Shown: in pieces, positions 9,580-20,312 of the stretch | Layout of the letters: each line of letters opens with the position of its first letter | Position numbering within the stretch: position 1 is the first letter of the stretch | Source of the DNA: Terriglobales bacterium | GTDB taxonomy: Bacteria; Acidobacteriota; Terriglobia; Terriglobales; Acidobacteriaceae | Reading direction: 5' to 3' | Length of the DNA stretch: 64,000 nt | NCBI GenBank assembly: GCA_035507035.1 | Contig: DATJOJ010000032.1 | Coordinates: forward strand, 40,938-104,937 | Notes under the pieces: generated by a model | What the model was told of the DNA's origin: nothing | The model's input: the letters and a program-made list of their open reading frames with translations, nothing else | Database searches by the model: none | Program-made: the position numbers and the translations under genes

Positions 9580-9606
9580 GGAAAAAGGAGCGGCTGACGC
9601 CGCTCC
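9580..9606 (-). terminator. Rho-independent terminator after the BNR gene
   Basis: On the minus strand: GGAGCGGCgtcaGCCGCTCC followed by TTTTTCC. The 8-bp GC-rich stem spans 9587-9594 and 9599-9606. Confidence 0.75.
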
Positions 9607-9625
9607 TTCGAAGAGATACGACGGG

Positions 9626-11629
9626 TTAGTTAGTGGTGTTGCCGACGCTGACCGCGGCGGACTGATCGGCGTTCTCGGGCTGCTCGACCACGCCGTCAAA
9701 CGGAGTGGCGGCGAACAAGCGGCCGTGAACCACGCTGATACGGCGCAGCGGGTAGCCGGTGTCCGGACCACGGTGCCAGCTCTGGCCACCGTCCGCACTT
9801 TCGAACACAACCCCGGTTTCGGTGCTGGTCGCGAGCAAGCGGTTGCCGTTGTGGTCGTAGGTGATCGAGCTGATGTTCTTGTCAGGCAAGCCGTTCTGCA
9901 TGTGCTCCCAGCCGCCGCCAGCGTTGGGGCTGCGATAGGCGCCTTCGCGGGAGGCCACGAAAATTGCCTTGTCGGGAGTGACGGTCACGGTACGAATGAA
10001 GCTCACAGAGTGCGACAGTCCATTCGATTCTTGCCAGGTCTTGCCGTTGTCAGTCGAAACGATAACCGAGTTGTGAGTCGCGAGGGCGATAAAGTCGCCG
10101 TCGGATTGAACGGAGACGAAGTCCATCTTGCCAAGCACGGGGCCTCCGCTCCAGGTCTTGCCATCATTGATGCTGGTGAAGAAGCCGGCCGAGGTCGCAG
10201 CAAGCCAGCGCTTCGGGGCGATGTCGATGTCGCTCACATGAGCGGTCAGGACCGACCGGGTGAGTGACTTCGAGTTGACCTTATGTCCATTCACGGTGCG
10301 AGTGCTGAATTTCTCCTCCACCACGTCGTTGATCGGACTCCAGTCGGCGGCGGTGCGGGTAAGCTCGAACATGCCGCGATTGGTTCCGGCAATCAGGTCG
10401 CCGTCCGCAGCCTGTTTCAGAGTGAAGACGTCGCGGCCGTCGAGGCCGGCGCTCTTCTGCACCCAGCGCTGACCAGCATCGTGAGAAATAAAGACGCCGC
10501 CCTGCTCGCGGTCATTGACCAATCCGACGTACACCGTGCTGGGATCCTTCTGGTCGGCGAGGATAGCAGTGACGTAGCGGTGTGTGTATCCGTGGTTGGA
10601 AGGGGTGAAGCTCTCGGCGCCGTTAGCGCTCGCCAGAACGCCGCCGCGATCGGTTGCAAGCAGCACATGCTGCGAGTCGCGGGGATCAACGAGAACGTCA
10701 TTCACCACGACTTCCGGGCTGGTCATCTGCTTCCAGGTCTTGCCAGAATCGGTGGTCTTCCAGAGGCCTTCGGTGGTTCCCGCATAAACGATCGCGGGAC
10801 TGCTGGGATCCTGTTTCAGCACGCGGGTGCGGCGCGCGGAAAACGGGATTCCCTGGATCTTGGAGAATTGCTCACCAGCGGTCTGGCTCTTATAAATGCC
10901 GGAGCAGGCGCTGGCGAAAACTACGGAGGGATTCGATTCGTCGACGATAATCGAGAAGACGTCGGAATCGTCGATCATGCCTTTATTGATGTGCTCCCAA
11001 TTGGCACCGCCATCGCTAGTCTTCCAGGCCAGATGCCAGGTTCCAGCGTAGACGACATTCGGATTGGAAGGATCGACAGCGATCGATTCCACGTTCTTGA
11101 TTTCCTGAGTTGCGGCGGAAATTCTCTGCCAATTCTTGCCGGCATCGTTGCTGCGATAAACGCCATCCAGCGCGCCTGCGACTAAGACGTTATGGTCGGA
11201 GGCTGCGATTGAGATCGCACGAATCGACTTGCCATGCATCTCAGGAACTGACTCCCAGCTCTTGCCGCCATCGTGCGAGCGGAAGAAATCGCCGGCTTGC
11301 TGGTTCTCGACGCTCCAGGCCGCGACGTACATCTTTTCCGGATTCTGCGGGTCAATCACGATGTGATCGATGACGAAGTCGTCGCCGGTGCCGAGGTGGG
11401 CAAAGCGCGACCAGTCATGTCCGCCATTGGTCGACAGAAAAATCGTTCCGGTGCTGGTCCCCAGGAAAACGTGATCTGGGCTCTTGGGATCGAAGCTGAA
11501 GCTGCGGACGTCGCCGCCATCTGGGCCGAGAGAAGTCCATTGTCCCGCCCAAGCGCTGGCGCAAAACAACATAACCGTCAAAAGTATCAACCACTTGGGG
11601 AGGACGAAGCTGCGGATTCCGAAAGTCAT
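9626..11629 (-). CDS. Secreted BNR/Asp-box repeat beta-propeller protein (sialidase/GH74/Ycf48-like fold)
   Basis: Signal peptide, plus repeated Asp-boxes SHDGGKSW, SNDAGKNW, TSDGGANW, TTDSGKTW, SHDAGQRW, SINDGKTW, STDNGKTW, SADGGQSW. Confidence 0.8.
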   Translation of the reverse strand: MTFGIRSFVLPKWLILLTVMLFCASAWAGQWTSLGPDGGDVRSFSFDPKSPDHVFLGTSTGTIFLSTNGGHDWSRFAHLGTGDDFVIDHIVIDPQNPEKMYVAAWSVENQQAGDFFRSHDGGKSWESVPEMHGKSIRAISIAASDHNVLVAGALDGVYRSNDAGKNWQRISAATQEIKNVESIAVDPSNPNVVYAGTWHLAWKTSDGGANWEHINKGMIDDSDVFSIIVDESNPSVVFASACSGIYKSQTAGEQFSKIQGIPFSARRTRVLKQDPSSPAIVYAGTTEGLWKTTDSGKTWKQMTSPEVVVNDVLVDPRDSQHVLLATDRGGVLASANGAESFTPSNHGYTHRYVTAILADQKDPSTVYVGLVNDREQGGVFISHDAGQRWVQKSAGLDGRDVFTLKQAADGDLIAGTNRGMFELTRTAADWSPINDVVEEKFSTRTVNGHKVNSKSLTRSVLTAHVSDIDIAPKRWLAATSAGFFTSINDGKTWSGGPVLGKMDFVSVQSDGDFIALATHNSVIVSTDNGKTWQESNGLSHSVSFIRTVTVTPDKAIFVASREGAYRSPNAGGGWEHMQNGLPDKNISSITYDHNGNRLLATSTETGVVFESADGGQSWHRGPDTGYPLRRISVVHGRLFAATPFDGVVEQPENADQSAAVSVGNTTN

Positions 11630-11822
11630 AAATTTGTGCCCCTACAGGAAGGAATTCCTGTCCGGGGGTAAGCGTGACAGGCTACCACTGGCCTAGCAAG
11701 TTACCGAAGGGAAAGGACGTTAAGCCTCCCCGAAGGCCGCATCGCAAGCCGGTTGCGAAACTTAGATGCCGCCATTCTACATGCGTTGGCAACGGCTATC
11801 GTTGCGAAAAATAACGGAGAAT

Positions 11823-11860
11823 CAAAGAAGAAAGCCGGTCGAGCTTGCGGCCCGACCGGC
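11823..11860 (-). terminator. Rho-independent terminator after the OmpA-family gene
   Basis: On the minus strand: GCCGGTCGggccgcaagctCGACCGGC followed by TTTCTTCTTTG. Confidence 0.65.
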
Positions 11861-11881
11861 CATGGTTCGAAGCGGCTCGAC

Positions 11882-13501
11882 TTACTGAGCCGATTTCTTC
11901 TTGGGCGTCGCCCGCGGATGATCCGGAACCGCTTTGACTTTGGATTCATCCACTGGTTCCGTGCCTTCACCGGAGAAGGTTGCGCCGGCAGGCACGACCC
12001 AGTATTCGGCAGTGGTGGTGCCAGCGCTGCCGGTACGGGTCTCGATGCGGCTAGGATCGATACCCAACTTGGCTTCGCCGCCGGTCAGATAAGCCTTCGA
12101 ATCAACGGCGCGTTCGGCGGCCAGATTCTTGCGCTTCTCGTCCGGTGCAGAGTTGCCGACGATGACCAATTTGCTGTCAGCGTTCTGCTGCAGGTTCTTG
12201 GCGACGTCGTCGAGGATGGCCTTGCAGGTGTTGTCGACGCGCCACGGCTTCACCTTGTTGGGGAAGTCGCACTGGCTCAACTTGCTGGCCTGCGGCGGCG
12301 GCGGTGGCGGGTTCTCCACGTTGACTTGCGTGCTGGCTACCTGCGACTTCAAGCCCCGCGAGTCAGTACAAGTGGCGTTTACGGTAATGGGACCTGGAGA
12401 AGCGCCCGTGGTATTCAGGGTAGCGGTGCTGCCGCTGCCGCTGATGGTGCCGCTGGAGGCGTTCCAGTCACCAACCGTGACGGGAACGTTATCCGGGCTG
12501 GTGCAAGTGCAAGTGATGGTGGAGCTGCCACCCGCCTGCAACGAGCTCGGACTCGCCGAGCAGGACAAGGTCGGCGGGTTCTTCGGCGGTTCTTTCACAG
12601 TGAAAGTGGCCGAGCAGGTCGCGGTGTTGTTCTTCTTCTGCTTGGGATCGGTGATGGTGGCGGTCGCGGTGTAAGAGCCCCCGGCGATGCCGTTGGTATC
12701 GATGCTGGCGGTATTGTCTTTGCCAGTGATTTTGCCGCCGTTGCTGCTCCAAGCGTAGTTCAGGGTGTGCTTCGGATTGAAGTCCTTCCCCGTCGCGGTT
12801 GCGGTAACCGGTTCTCCAACCATGACTTCGGTTGGTTGCACCGAGCAACTAGCGCTGGGAGGAGTTGAGGGCGGATAACCGAAATACCATTCGATACCAG
12901 TGCGCAACCGCGCCCCGTCGAAGTTTGGACGCCGCAGGCTGGGGAAGCTGGAGGAAACATTGTCGGAGAAATTCTGGTGCGCCCAGACGTAATCGGCCTC
13001 AAACAGCCGGACGCCGAAGTGGCGGGTGAACTTCATATCCATGCCGCCGCCGAGGATGGCTCCAATACCGTCGTGGCTACCCAAGCCGGAAATATCCGTG
13101 CGGTTCCAGCTAAGCAGCGCGTTGACGAATAGATTGACGCCTTCGTGTCGAGTTTCCAACTTGGGGCCGACGGAGACGGTTTGCTCGCTCGTCAGATCGG
13201 TCCAATTGCGGCCGTAGTCGCCTACCAAGCCGACATATTTTGCGAAGTTATAGGTAAAACTGCCACCCGCGCCATCGCCCATGTCGCGCAGAGTCTGGGG
13301 GATAGGAGCAGTGGCCGGTTGAAACGGTGTCGGAACGGTTGCGCCGGGATGCAGCCACTGATATCCGGCAAAGATTTCGTATTTGGGGGTCTCTTCGTCA
13401 TCTTGGGCAAAGGCACCCACAGAAAGCAGAAGTAAAGTGAAAATGCTGAGGTAACCGAGAATCAGTACACGCCCACCACGTGCTTTCCTGGAAACAGGCA
13501 T
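11882..13501 (-). CDS. OmpA-family outer membrane protein: N-terminal beta-barrel, two Ig-like modules, C-terminal OmpA-like domain
   Basis: ATG 13501 has GGAGGA upstream. Signal peptide, then YEIFAGYQW... barrel-type strands. Two Cys-framed Thr/Ser-rich Ig-like modules. PPPPPP linker. C-terminus KLVIVGNSAPDEKRKNLAAERAVDSKAYL matches the OmpA_C pattern N..L...RA..V..YL. Confidence 0.7.
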   Translation of the reverse strand: MPVSRKARGGRVLILGYLSIFTLLLLSVGAFAQDDEETPKYEIFAGYQWLHPGATVPTPFQPATAPIPQTLRDMGDGAGGSFTYNFAKYVGLVGDYGRNWTDLTSEQTVSVGPKLETRHEGVNLFVNALLSWNRTDISGLGSHDGIGAILGGGMDMKFTRHFGVRLFEADYVWAHQNFSDNVSSSFPSLRRPNFDGARLRTGIEWYFGYPPSTPPSASCSVQPTEVMVGEPVTATATGKDFNPKHTLNYAWSSNGGKITGKDNTASIDTNGIAGGSYTATATITDPKQKKNNTATCSATFTVKEPPKNPPTLSCSASPSSLQAGGSSTITCTCTSPDNVPVTVGDWNASSGTISGSGSTATLNTTGASPGPITVNATCTDSRGLKSQVASTQVNVENPPPPPPQASKLSQCDFPNKVKPWRVDNTCKAILDDVAKNLQQNADSKLVIVGNSAPDEKRKNLAAERAVDSKAYLTGGEAKLGIDPSRIETRTGSAGTTTAEYWVVPAGATFSGEGTEPVDESKVKAVPDHPRATPKKKSAQ

Positions 13502-13766
13502 ATATCTCCTCCAAAATGCTAGCAATAGTGTCCATGCTCGTCATACAGATTGGGGATCCCTCGCATGGAAAAATGTAAATGACCTAAACGGCAAGTTCGA
13601 CTTTGATGAGAGCGGCGGTACTTATGATACTCAACGAGTATAAATTCCGTCCAGTGGAGCAGTCTCAGATTGACACGTTTTCGCGACACATCGACAGCAG
13701 CAAGGTAAACTGTGGGATGTTTGCACGCAAATGGAAGTGTAGCGGAAAAATTGAGCGAAACCACAT

Positions 13767-15164
13767 ATGAGTCAAGAGAAAGTACTCATCGTAGAAGACG
13801 AAGAAAATGAGCGGACGGGTCTGGCCGAAATTATCTCCTCTTGGGGATATCGGGCGGACACGGCTCGCGATGGCGTCGAGGGCTACGAAAAAGTTACGAG
13901 TTGGTCGCCGTCGGTGGTGGTGACCGATTTGAAGATGCCGCGCATGGATGGAATGGAGCTGCTGGAACGGATTGGCGAGAACGGCGCCCTCAAAGTAGTT
14001 GTAGTGACGGCACAGGGAACGATTGACAGCGCGGTTCAGGCGATGCGCATCGGCGCCTACGACTACATTACAAAACCGATTGACACCAATCGCCTACGGA
14101 CGATTCTGCAAAATGCGACGGCACTGCTTGGGGCTCAGGTCGAGCTGGAAGTCACCCGGCGCAAGCTGCGCGATACCGGGTCGCTGGGAACTTTGGTAGG
14201 GGGTTCGGGAAAGATGCAGGAAATCTTCCGGTTGATCGAGCTCGTGGCTCCGAGTACGGCATCGGTTCTGATTACGGGCGCGAGCGGCACGGGAAAAGAG
14301 CTTGTGGCGCGGACCATCCATGAACTCAGCCCGCGGCGCCCACGAACATTCGTAGCGATCAATTGCGCCGCAATTCCAGAGACGTTGATCGAAAGCGAAA
14401 TTTTCGGCCATGAGAAGGGAGCCTTCACGGGGGCGCTGGAACGGCGAACGGGCTGCTTCGAACTAGCGGAAGGCGGAACCTTGCTGCTGGACGAGATTGG
14501 CGAGATGCCGGTTGCGACGCAGGCCAAGTTGCTACGGGTTTTGGAAGACCGCAAGTTGCGGCGGTTGGGAAGCAAAGTTGAAACCACTGTGGATGTGCGA
14601 GTGCTGGCAGCCACGAACAAGGTTCCGGAAGAAGCCGTGGCGCGGGGCGAGCTTCGCAACGATCTTTATTATCGGCTGAACGTGTTCAACATCCACATGC
14701 CGATGCTGCGCGAACACAAAGAGGACATTCCCGCGCTGGTGGAATTTTTGCTCAAAGATATGAGCGCGAAGCATGGTCGAAAGGTGGCCGCGGTCAGCGA
14801 GGCGGTGCTCAATTCGTTTCAAGCCTACTCATGGCCGGGAAATGTTCGCGAGTTGCGCAATACGCTGGAGCGCGCGGTGATCGTGTGCGAGGGTTCGGTG
14901 GTCGAGACCAAACATCTGCCACCGGATTTTGGGCGGGCCGCGGTTCGGCCCTCCTCGGGAGATCCCGACGCGGTACACCTGGGCGTCGGAACGACGGTGC
15001 GGGAGGCAGAAAAGATGCTGATCCTGAAGACGCTGGAATCGACCAGTAACAACAAAACCCGGGCAGCAGAAATCCTCGGGATCAGCTTGAAGACGCTTCA
15101 TAATAAGTTGAAGGAGTACGGCAGCGCCGTCGACGATAAGGATGAGCCGGCGGAAACGATGTAG
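13767..15164 (+). CDS. Sigma-54-dependent response regulator (NtrC family: REC + AAA+ + Fis HTH)
   Basis: REC with VVTDLKMPRMDG, Walker A GASGTGKE, GAFTGA loop (EKGAFTGA), and C-terminal HTH NKTRAAEILGISLKTLHNKL. Confidence 0.9.
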   Translation: MSQEKVLIVEDEENERTGLAEIISSWGYRADTARDGVEGYEKVTSWSPSVVVTDLKMPRMDGMELLERIGENGALKVVVVTAQGTIDSAVQAMRIGAYDYITKPIDTNRLRTILQNATALLGAQVELEVTRRKLRDTGSLGTLVGGSGKMQEIFRLIELVAPSTASVLITGASGTGKELVARTIHELSPRRPRTFVAINCAAIPETLIESEIFGHEKGAFTGALERRTGCFELAEGGTLLLDEIGEMPVATQAKLLRVLEDRKLRRLGSKVETTVDVRVLAATNKVPEEAVARGELRNDLYYRLNVFNIHMPMLREHKEDIPALVEFLLKDMSAKHGRKVAAVSEAVLNSFQAYSWPGNVRELRNTLERAVIVCEGSVVETKHLPPDFGRAAVRPSSGDPDAVHLGVGTTVREAEKMLILKTLESTSNNKTRAAEILGISLKTLHNKLKEYGSAVDDKDEPAETM

Positions 15165-15170
15165 CCACTT

Positions 15171-17045
15171 ATGCGTCGGAGAACCCAGATCGTTCTTTCC
15201 ATCACCCTGATGGTGACGTGTCTGGTTTCGTATTTTTCTTACGTCTATGTCTCGCAAATTTTGCGGCAGCAGTTGCGAACCACGCATGATACAGCCTTCT
15301 ATCTCGTCTCTCAGATGGTCTATCTGGCGAGCAATGCGGTGCCAGACCTGACCAGCACGCGAGTCAATACCAACGATCCGCAAGCTGTAAGCCGCGCGGT
15401 AGCGTATTACCTTTCGACTGACTCTGATCTGAACGCGATGTTGGAGTCGGTGGTGGGAAACTGGCCGATTGTGTACGACGCGGCGATTGTAGACGTGAAC
15501 GGACGGGCGATTCTCCACAGCAATCCCGACCTGGTCGGCAAACAGGTCACGGCGCGGCCGGATTTTCAATTGCTGCAGCAGGCCCATTTCCGCCAACAAC
15601 TCAGCATGGTGTATAACCCCCCGACGGTCTACGAATTCAGCCGGCCGTTGCAGTTGAATGGGGCGCCATTCGGAAGTGTTCGCCTGGGAATCTCCACTGT
15701 TTTTATCAAGGATGACGTCACGCCCCGGTTGCGGCATGCGTTCGCCTTTTCTGTAACTGCGATTTTCCTTTCATTATTGCTCTCCGCCGTGCTCTCGCAT
15801 ATTGCTTTTGCTCCCTTGAAGGAATTGAGCCGCACCCTCGACAGCGCAACGGCAGGGGAAGCAGTCTCCGACGCGGCAGAGCGCCATGATGAATACGGAT
15901 TGATCAGCTTGAAGATTGCCGACCTCGGCCGGCAGGTGCGCGATGCCAAGGAAATTTTCTCGGCTTTGAAAGACAACGTCGACCAGATCATGGCCAATTT
16001 ACAGGATGGCCTGATGCTGTTCACACGGGATGCGCAGGTGGTTCTGGTAAGCGCTTCGGTGGAACAATTCTTGAAGCGTCCGCGCGGCGAACTGCTGGGC
16101 AGAAATGTGCGGGATATATTTTCCACCGACTCGCCGCTGGATTCGCTGATCTTGGCGACTTTTCGGAACCGACAGCCGATCGAGCAACAAGAAGTCGAGG
16201 TGTGGGAGGGGATGCACGTCCAGGTTTCGCTCGACTTTATTCAGGAGCGAGGCACGCCGATCGGTGCGCTCCTGATACTGCGGGACACGGAATCGGCGCG
16301 AAGGATCGAGGACGAAATCGAGTTATCCCGCCGGATGTCGGCAAGCGGCCGGCTGACGCGCGGTGTAGCTCATGAAGTGAAGAATCCGATCAATGCCATT
16401 GTGCTGCACTTGCAGCTACTGCGAAATAAGCTGGAACAGACGGATCCGGATACACGGCGCCACATGGACATCATCGACAGCGAGATTCATCGTCTCGACC
16501 GGGTGGTGCAAATTTTGGTGGACTTCACGCGTCCGCGCGATTTGCGCGTGGAGGAGATGGACCTGCGGCCGCTCCTGAACGAGGTCGTTCTGCTGGCAGC
16601 ACCGGAGGCGGAACAACACGGAGTCACGATTTCTCGAGAGTTGGGAACGGAACCGCTGAATGTGAGAGTCGATAGCGACGCGATGAAGCTGGCAATTTTT
16701 AATGTCATGCTGAATGGCATCCAAGCCATGCCCGGCGGCGGGAAGCTCACGATTTCGGCTCAGCGAGAAGAAACAGGCGTGGTGGTTTCGATTCAGGACC
16801 AGGGAGGCGGAATTCCTCCAGAAGTCCAAGAGAAAATTTTTGAATTGTATTTCACAACCAAGAAGGGCGGCAGCGGAATCGGATTGGCGCAAACTTATCA
16901 AGTGATGCAATGGCATTACGGGTCGGTGGATTTCGAATCCCTGGATGGGCAGGGAACAACGTTTCGGCTACGGCTGCCATTGGCCGAAGAGGCCCGGGGC
17001 AATGGCCAAGTGACGATGCAAACTCTGACCACGCGCGGCGATTGA
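15171..17045 (+). CDS. Sensor histidine kinase (TM/HAMP/PAS + HisKA + HATPase), NtrB/AtoS-like
   Basis: H-box [15 protein letters not shown] boxes ([25 protein letters not shown]). Starts 7 nt after the NtrC-like gene. Confidence 0.88.
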   Translation: MRRRTQIVLSITLMVTCLVSYFSYVYVSQILRQQLRTTHDTAFYLVSQMVYLASNAVPDLTSTRVNTNDPQAVSRAVAYYLSTDSDLNAMLESVVGNWPIVYDAAIVDVNGRAILHSNPDLVGKQVTARPDFQLLQQAHFRQQLSMVYNPPTVYEFSRPLQLNGAPFGSVRLGISTVFIKDDVTPRLRHAFAFSVTAIFLSLLLSAVLSHIAFAPLKELSRTLDSATAGEAVSDAAERHDEYGLISLKIADLGRQVRDAKEIFSALKDNVDQIMANLQDGLMLFTRDAQVVLVSASVEQFLKRPRGELLGRNVRDIFSTDSPLDSLILATFRNRQPIEQQEVEVWEGMHVQVSLDFIQERGTPIGALLILRDTESARRIEDEIELSRRMSASGRLTRGVAHEVKNPINAIVLHLQLLRNKLEQTDPDTRRHMDIIDSEIHRLDRVVQILVDFTRPRDLRVEEMDLRPLLNEVVLLAAPEAEQHGVTISRELGTEPLNVRVDSDAMKLAIFNVMLNGIQAMPGGGKLTISAQREETGVVVSIQDQGGGIPPEVQEKIFELYFTTKKGGSGIGLAQTYQVMQWHYGSVDFESLDGQGTTFRLRLPLAEEARGNGQVTMQTLTTRGD

Positions 17046-17125
17046 AATGTACTTCCGTGCAACGCGGCGGCTCTGTTTTCTGGACTACAATTTAGTCATC
17101 CATCCGATCGACTGAGCCGCTCATC

Positions 17126-17698
17126 ATGACTCTGGCCAAAATTACCGCCGGTGTTCTATTGCTCTGGCCGAGCATGGGCGGGATTGCATCCTGCGTTGCG
17201 CAATCGGCCCAGACCCAGCAGGCTCCAGCTTCTTCGCAAACCAGCGCGAACCAACAAGCGGGACAGAGCCAAACGACATCGCCTTCGAAGCCCTGCTCTG
17301 AAACTTCCTCGAAATCGCAAGCTGGGTGCAAGTCTTCTTCGTCAAAGCCCAAGACTAAGAAACAACCTGCTCACAAAGAAACGAAAGCTGACGAAGCGAA
17401 CCCCAACACAAAGGTGATACGGAACGGCGGTACCGGCGAGCCAACTGTGGCCATCTCTTCCGATGAAGGTCAGCGGAAGGCACGAATTGACGAGACAAAT
17501 CGCCTGTTGGGGGCCGCGGACCTGAACTTGAAGGATATTGCGGTACGTGGGGCCAGCGCCAGCCAGGAAGTCACGATCAAACAGATCCGCAGCTACATGG
17601 ATGCGGCCAAGGCGGCGGTAAACAGCGGAGACATAGAGCGGGCATACAATCTGGCGAATAAAGCGAACATGCTGGCGGCCGACTTGAATGGGCACTAA
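17126..17698 (+). CDS. Secreted hypothetical protein with Gln/Ser/Thr/Lys-rich linker
   Basis: Signal peptide MTLAKITAGVLLLWPSMGGIASCVAQS, a low-complexity region, then a helical C-terminal segment. No family recognised. Confidence 0.55.
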   Translation: MTLAKITAGVLLLWPSMGGIASCVAQSAQTQQAPASSQTSANQQAGQSQTTSPSKPCSETSSKSQAGCKSSSSKPKTKKQPAHKETKADEANPNTKVIRNGGTGEPTVAISSDEGQRKARIDETNRLLGAADLNLKDIAVRGASASQEVTIKQIRSYMDAAKAAVNSGDIERAYNLANKANMLAADLNGH

Positions 17699-17717
17699 AT
17701 GTGACGGCGGCCTGATC

Positions 17718-18854
17718 TTACTTTCCCTTCGACCTCGCCGCGTTCACCTTCGCCAACAACTCCTGTGCCGGCCGTTGCACTGGGCCGTTGATTTTGGCGG
17801 CTTCGGTCAACGCTTCCCGAGCCTCGGAGACTTTGTTCAGCTTGGCGTAGGCAAATCCCAGGCGAAACAAAGCGATGGAATATTGCTGATCGTCGAGACC
17901 TTTGAGCAGGCCGGCCGCCGATTTTAACTGTGGGATTGCAGCCGCCGTTTTGTCCTGCTTCAGGTTTGCGTAACCGAGAGTGGAGTAAGCCGCGCCCGCA
18001 GAAATTTTTCGCGAGCGGTCAGCGTCGGGAGCGTCGGCCTTGGCAACATCCACTGCCTTTTGCGCGTAGGTGATGGCCTTGGCTGCGCTGCCGGGCTTCG
18101 GGTCATCGACGTAGGTCCCTGCAAGAAGCAGCAGCGCTGGTAAATTGTTGGGATCGCTGGCCAACGTTTTTTCGCCGTATGCAATCACGCGCGGCGTGTC
18201 CTTCAGTTCGGATAAAGACATCATGGCGTAGGAGCCGATGGAATCCTGGAAGCGCGAATTGGGAAATGCCGGCGTGAAGCGTTCGATCTCAGCCATGCGA
18301 GCCTTGGCGTCAGGCTCGGACGCGATGACATTAAATGCAGCTGCTTCCAAAAATTCGCAAGAGTTCTTGGCGGCGGTCTTCTCTTCCTCGACGCGCGCGG
18401 CGAAATCCTGATCGCTGACGCCCTCCGGCTTAGGCTGTTTGGGGATGGAGCTGCAAACCTCGCCGCCTCGCAAGGCGTAATCCATGGTCTTGGCATTGTC
18501 TTTCAACTGCTGTGCAATGCTCGCTTGGGAGACGAGGATGTCAAGATTACGAGGCGAGGCAGTCAGGGCCTTGTCACCGAAGGTCACCGCCTTCTGCAAA
18601 TCGCCGCTGTTCTGGTACAACTGCGACATCTGCCAGTTGCCGTAAGCCACGGCGGCAGGATTCGAGGAAAATTTCTGTACGAAGTCTTCGTACATGGCAA
18701 GCTTCTTTTGCGCATCCTGCTCGTTGGAGATCGCGGTGAGCGCCTGATCTTCCGGCGTCCCCGCGGCGATCGTGATGCGATCTACCTGGGAGAATGCGAG
18801 GAAAGAAAAAACTGGAATCAGGATCACAGATAAGAAGCGACGGACGGGGCCCAT
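17718..18854 (-). CDS. Secreted TPR-repeat protein
   Basis: ATG 18854 has GGAGGT upstream. Signal peptide MGPVRRFLSVILIPVFSFLAFSQ. Repeated A..Y..LG.AY...G....A TPR-like helices. Confidence 0.65.
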   Translation of the reverse strand: MGPVRRFLSVILIPVFSFLAFSQVDRITIAAGTPEDQALTAISNEQDAQKKLAMYEDFVQKFSSNPAAVAYGNWQMSQLYQNSGDLQKAVTFGDKALTASPRNLDILVSQASIAQQLKDNAKTMDYALRGGEVCSSIPKQPKPEGVSDQDFAARVEEEKTAAKNSCEFLEAAAFNVIASEPDAKARMAEIERFTPAFPNSRFQDSIGSYAMMSLSELKDTPRVIAYGEKTLASDPNNLPALLLLAGTYVDDPKPGSAAKAITYAQKAVDVAKADAPDADRSRKISAGAAYSTLGYANLKQDKTAAAIPQLKSAAGLLKGLDDQQYSIALFRLGFAYAKLNKVSEAREALTEAAKINGPVQRPAQELLAKVNAARSKGK

Positions 18855-18956
18855 ACGCACCTCCAATTTCAGTCGCCCGCATCGTAGCTCCGAATGGATG
18901 CGGGTGCAAGGGCAATTGAAGCCGGATTGTCGTTGCTCCATGCTATATTCGGCTCA

Positions 18957-20294
18957 ATGAGCAGTGCCGAGGAGAGACGGCGAGTCGCGAACGCTCAGGT
19001 GGTCTCGGTACCCGCGGAAAACTCGCCTTTTTATCACTCGATTTACTTCATCACCCTGGCCGCGCTGGCGCTGCGGCTTGCAGTCATAACGATCGGCCAC
19101 ACGTATCGCATTACGCCGCGCGGTGATCATTTTCAATTTGCCTGGGAAGTGGGGCGTATCGCGCGTTCGATTGCGACCGGGCACGGCTTCTCTTCTCCCA
19201 CTGATCTGCCGAGCGGTCCCACGGCATGGATGGCGCCGGTCTACACCTATATTCTTGCGGGAGTTTTCAAGCTATTCGGAGTGTATAGCCCGGCATCCGC
19301 GTGGGTGATTCTGGCGTTCAACAGTCTTTGCGCGGCGCTCACCTGCGTGACGATTTATCGTATTGGAGAAGAGATTTACGGCCTTGAGGTGGCGCGGTGG
19401 GCGGCGTGGACGTGGGCGATGTTTCCTTATCTTATTTATTGGCCGGTCCGCGTAGTCTATGACACGAGCTTTAGCGCATTTTTACTGAGTTTGTCATTAT
19501 TGCTGACAATCCGAATGGCGAAGACAACTCCGCGTGCGCGGGAGTGGGTCGGCTTCGGTTTGCTGTGGGGAGTCATCGTTCTGACGAATCCGTCTTTGAT
19601 GACGATGCTGACTTGTTCCCTGCTGTGGCTTCTATACCGGATGCGGCGGTGGCGAGCGTGGGCGATGGGTTCCACACTGTGTATAGTGGTTTGCATGGCG
19701 GTGGTGAGCCCGTGGCTAGCACGGAACTATCGGGTGTTCGGAAAGTTTGTTTTCATTCGTGACAATCTCCCGCTCGAGCTTTACATGTCGAATAACCATG
19801 AATCGGTGGGGTTCTGGACGCGAAATGAGCATCCGGCGAATGACCGGCAAGCGATGGAGAGATTTCATGAATTGGGCGAAGCGCGATACATGGCGGACAA
19901 AGGGCGGCAAGCGCGGGAGTTCATTCGAGACAATCCGGCGACATTTGCGGAATTTACTCTGAAGCGCGCCCTCTACTTTTGGATTTCACCTCCGCAGGCG
20001 GCGATCGTCGGCGGGTATGACTTCGACATTTCGCGGCACATGAATTATTTTCTGGAGGCCGCGTTCGCCTTCGCGGGATTGTGGCTAAGTTTTCGGCGGC
20101 ACATACCGGAGGCGTATCTGTTGGCGTGTTTTCTGCTGGTTTATCCGCTGCCCTATTACATTGTCAGCCCGTATCCGCGCTATAAGCACCTGATCGAGCC
20201 GGAAATGTTATTGATGATCGTGTATTTGTTGTGGGAGGCGCGGACCGTTCAGGTTCGCTGGCCGCTGAAAGAGTCGCGGTTGGCCTCGTACTAG
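18957..20294 (+). CDS. Multi-pass membrane glycosyltransferase, GT-C fold (ArnT/PMT_2, GT39/83-like)
   Basis: About 10 hydrophobic segments. Its size and N-terminal loop resemble ArnT/PMT_2 proteins. It converges on the EPS glycosyltransferase genes. Confidence 0.6.
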   Translation: MSSAEERRRVANAQVVSVPAENSPFYHSIYFITLAALALRLAVITIGHTYRITPRGDHFQFAWEVGRIARSIATGHGFSSPTDLPSGPTAWMAPVYTYILAGVFKLFGVYSPASAWVILAFNSLCAALTCVTIYRIGEEIYGLEVARWAAWTWAMFPYLIYWPVRVVYDTSFSAFLLSLSLLLTIRMAKTTPRAREWVGFGLLWGVIVLTNPSLMTMLTCSLLWLLYRMRRWRAWAMGSTLCIVVCMAVVSPWLARNYRVFGKFVFIRDNLPLELYMSNNHESVGFWTRNEHPANDRQAMERFHELGEARYMADKGRQAREFIRDNPATFAEFTLKRALYFWISPPQAAIVGGYDFDISRHMNYFLEAAFAFAGLWLSFRRHIPEAYLLACFLLVYPLPYYIVSPYPRYKHLIEPEMLLMIVYLLWEARTVQVRWPLKESRLASY

Positions 20295-20312
20295 ACGTTG
20301 CGATGGCCGCAT

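Noticed and set aside
9124-12868. Long plus-strand ORFs (9124..9597, 9725..10267, 10283..11185, 11753..12868) antisense to the cupin, BNR and OmpA genes
   Set aside because: The products are Arg/Gly/Ala-rich low-complexity translations of the opposite strand of well-supported genes. This is a typical GC-rich antisense artefact.
13521-13534. Sigma-54-like element (rc TGGACACTATTGCT) upstream of the OmpA-family gene, next to the NtrC-type activator
   Set aside because: The GG-to-GC spacing is 2 nt too short relative to the TGGCAC-N5-TTGC consensus. The element also abuts the RBS, leaving no room for a leader.
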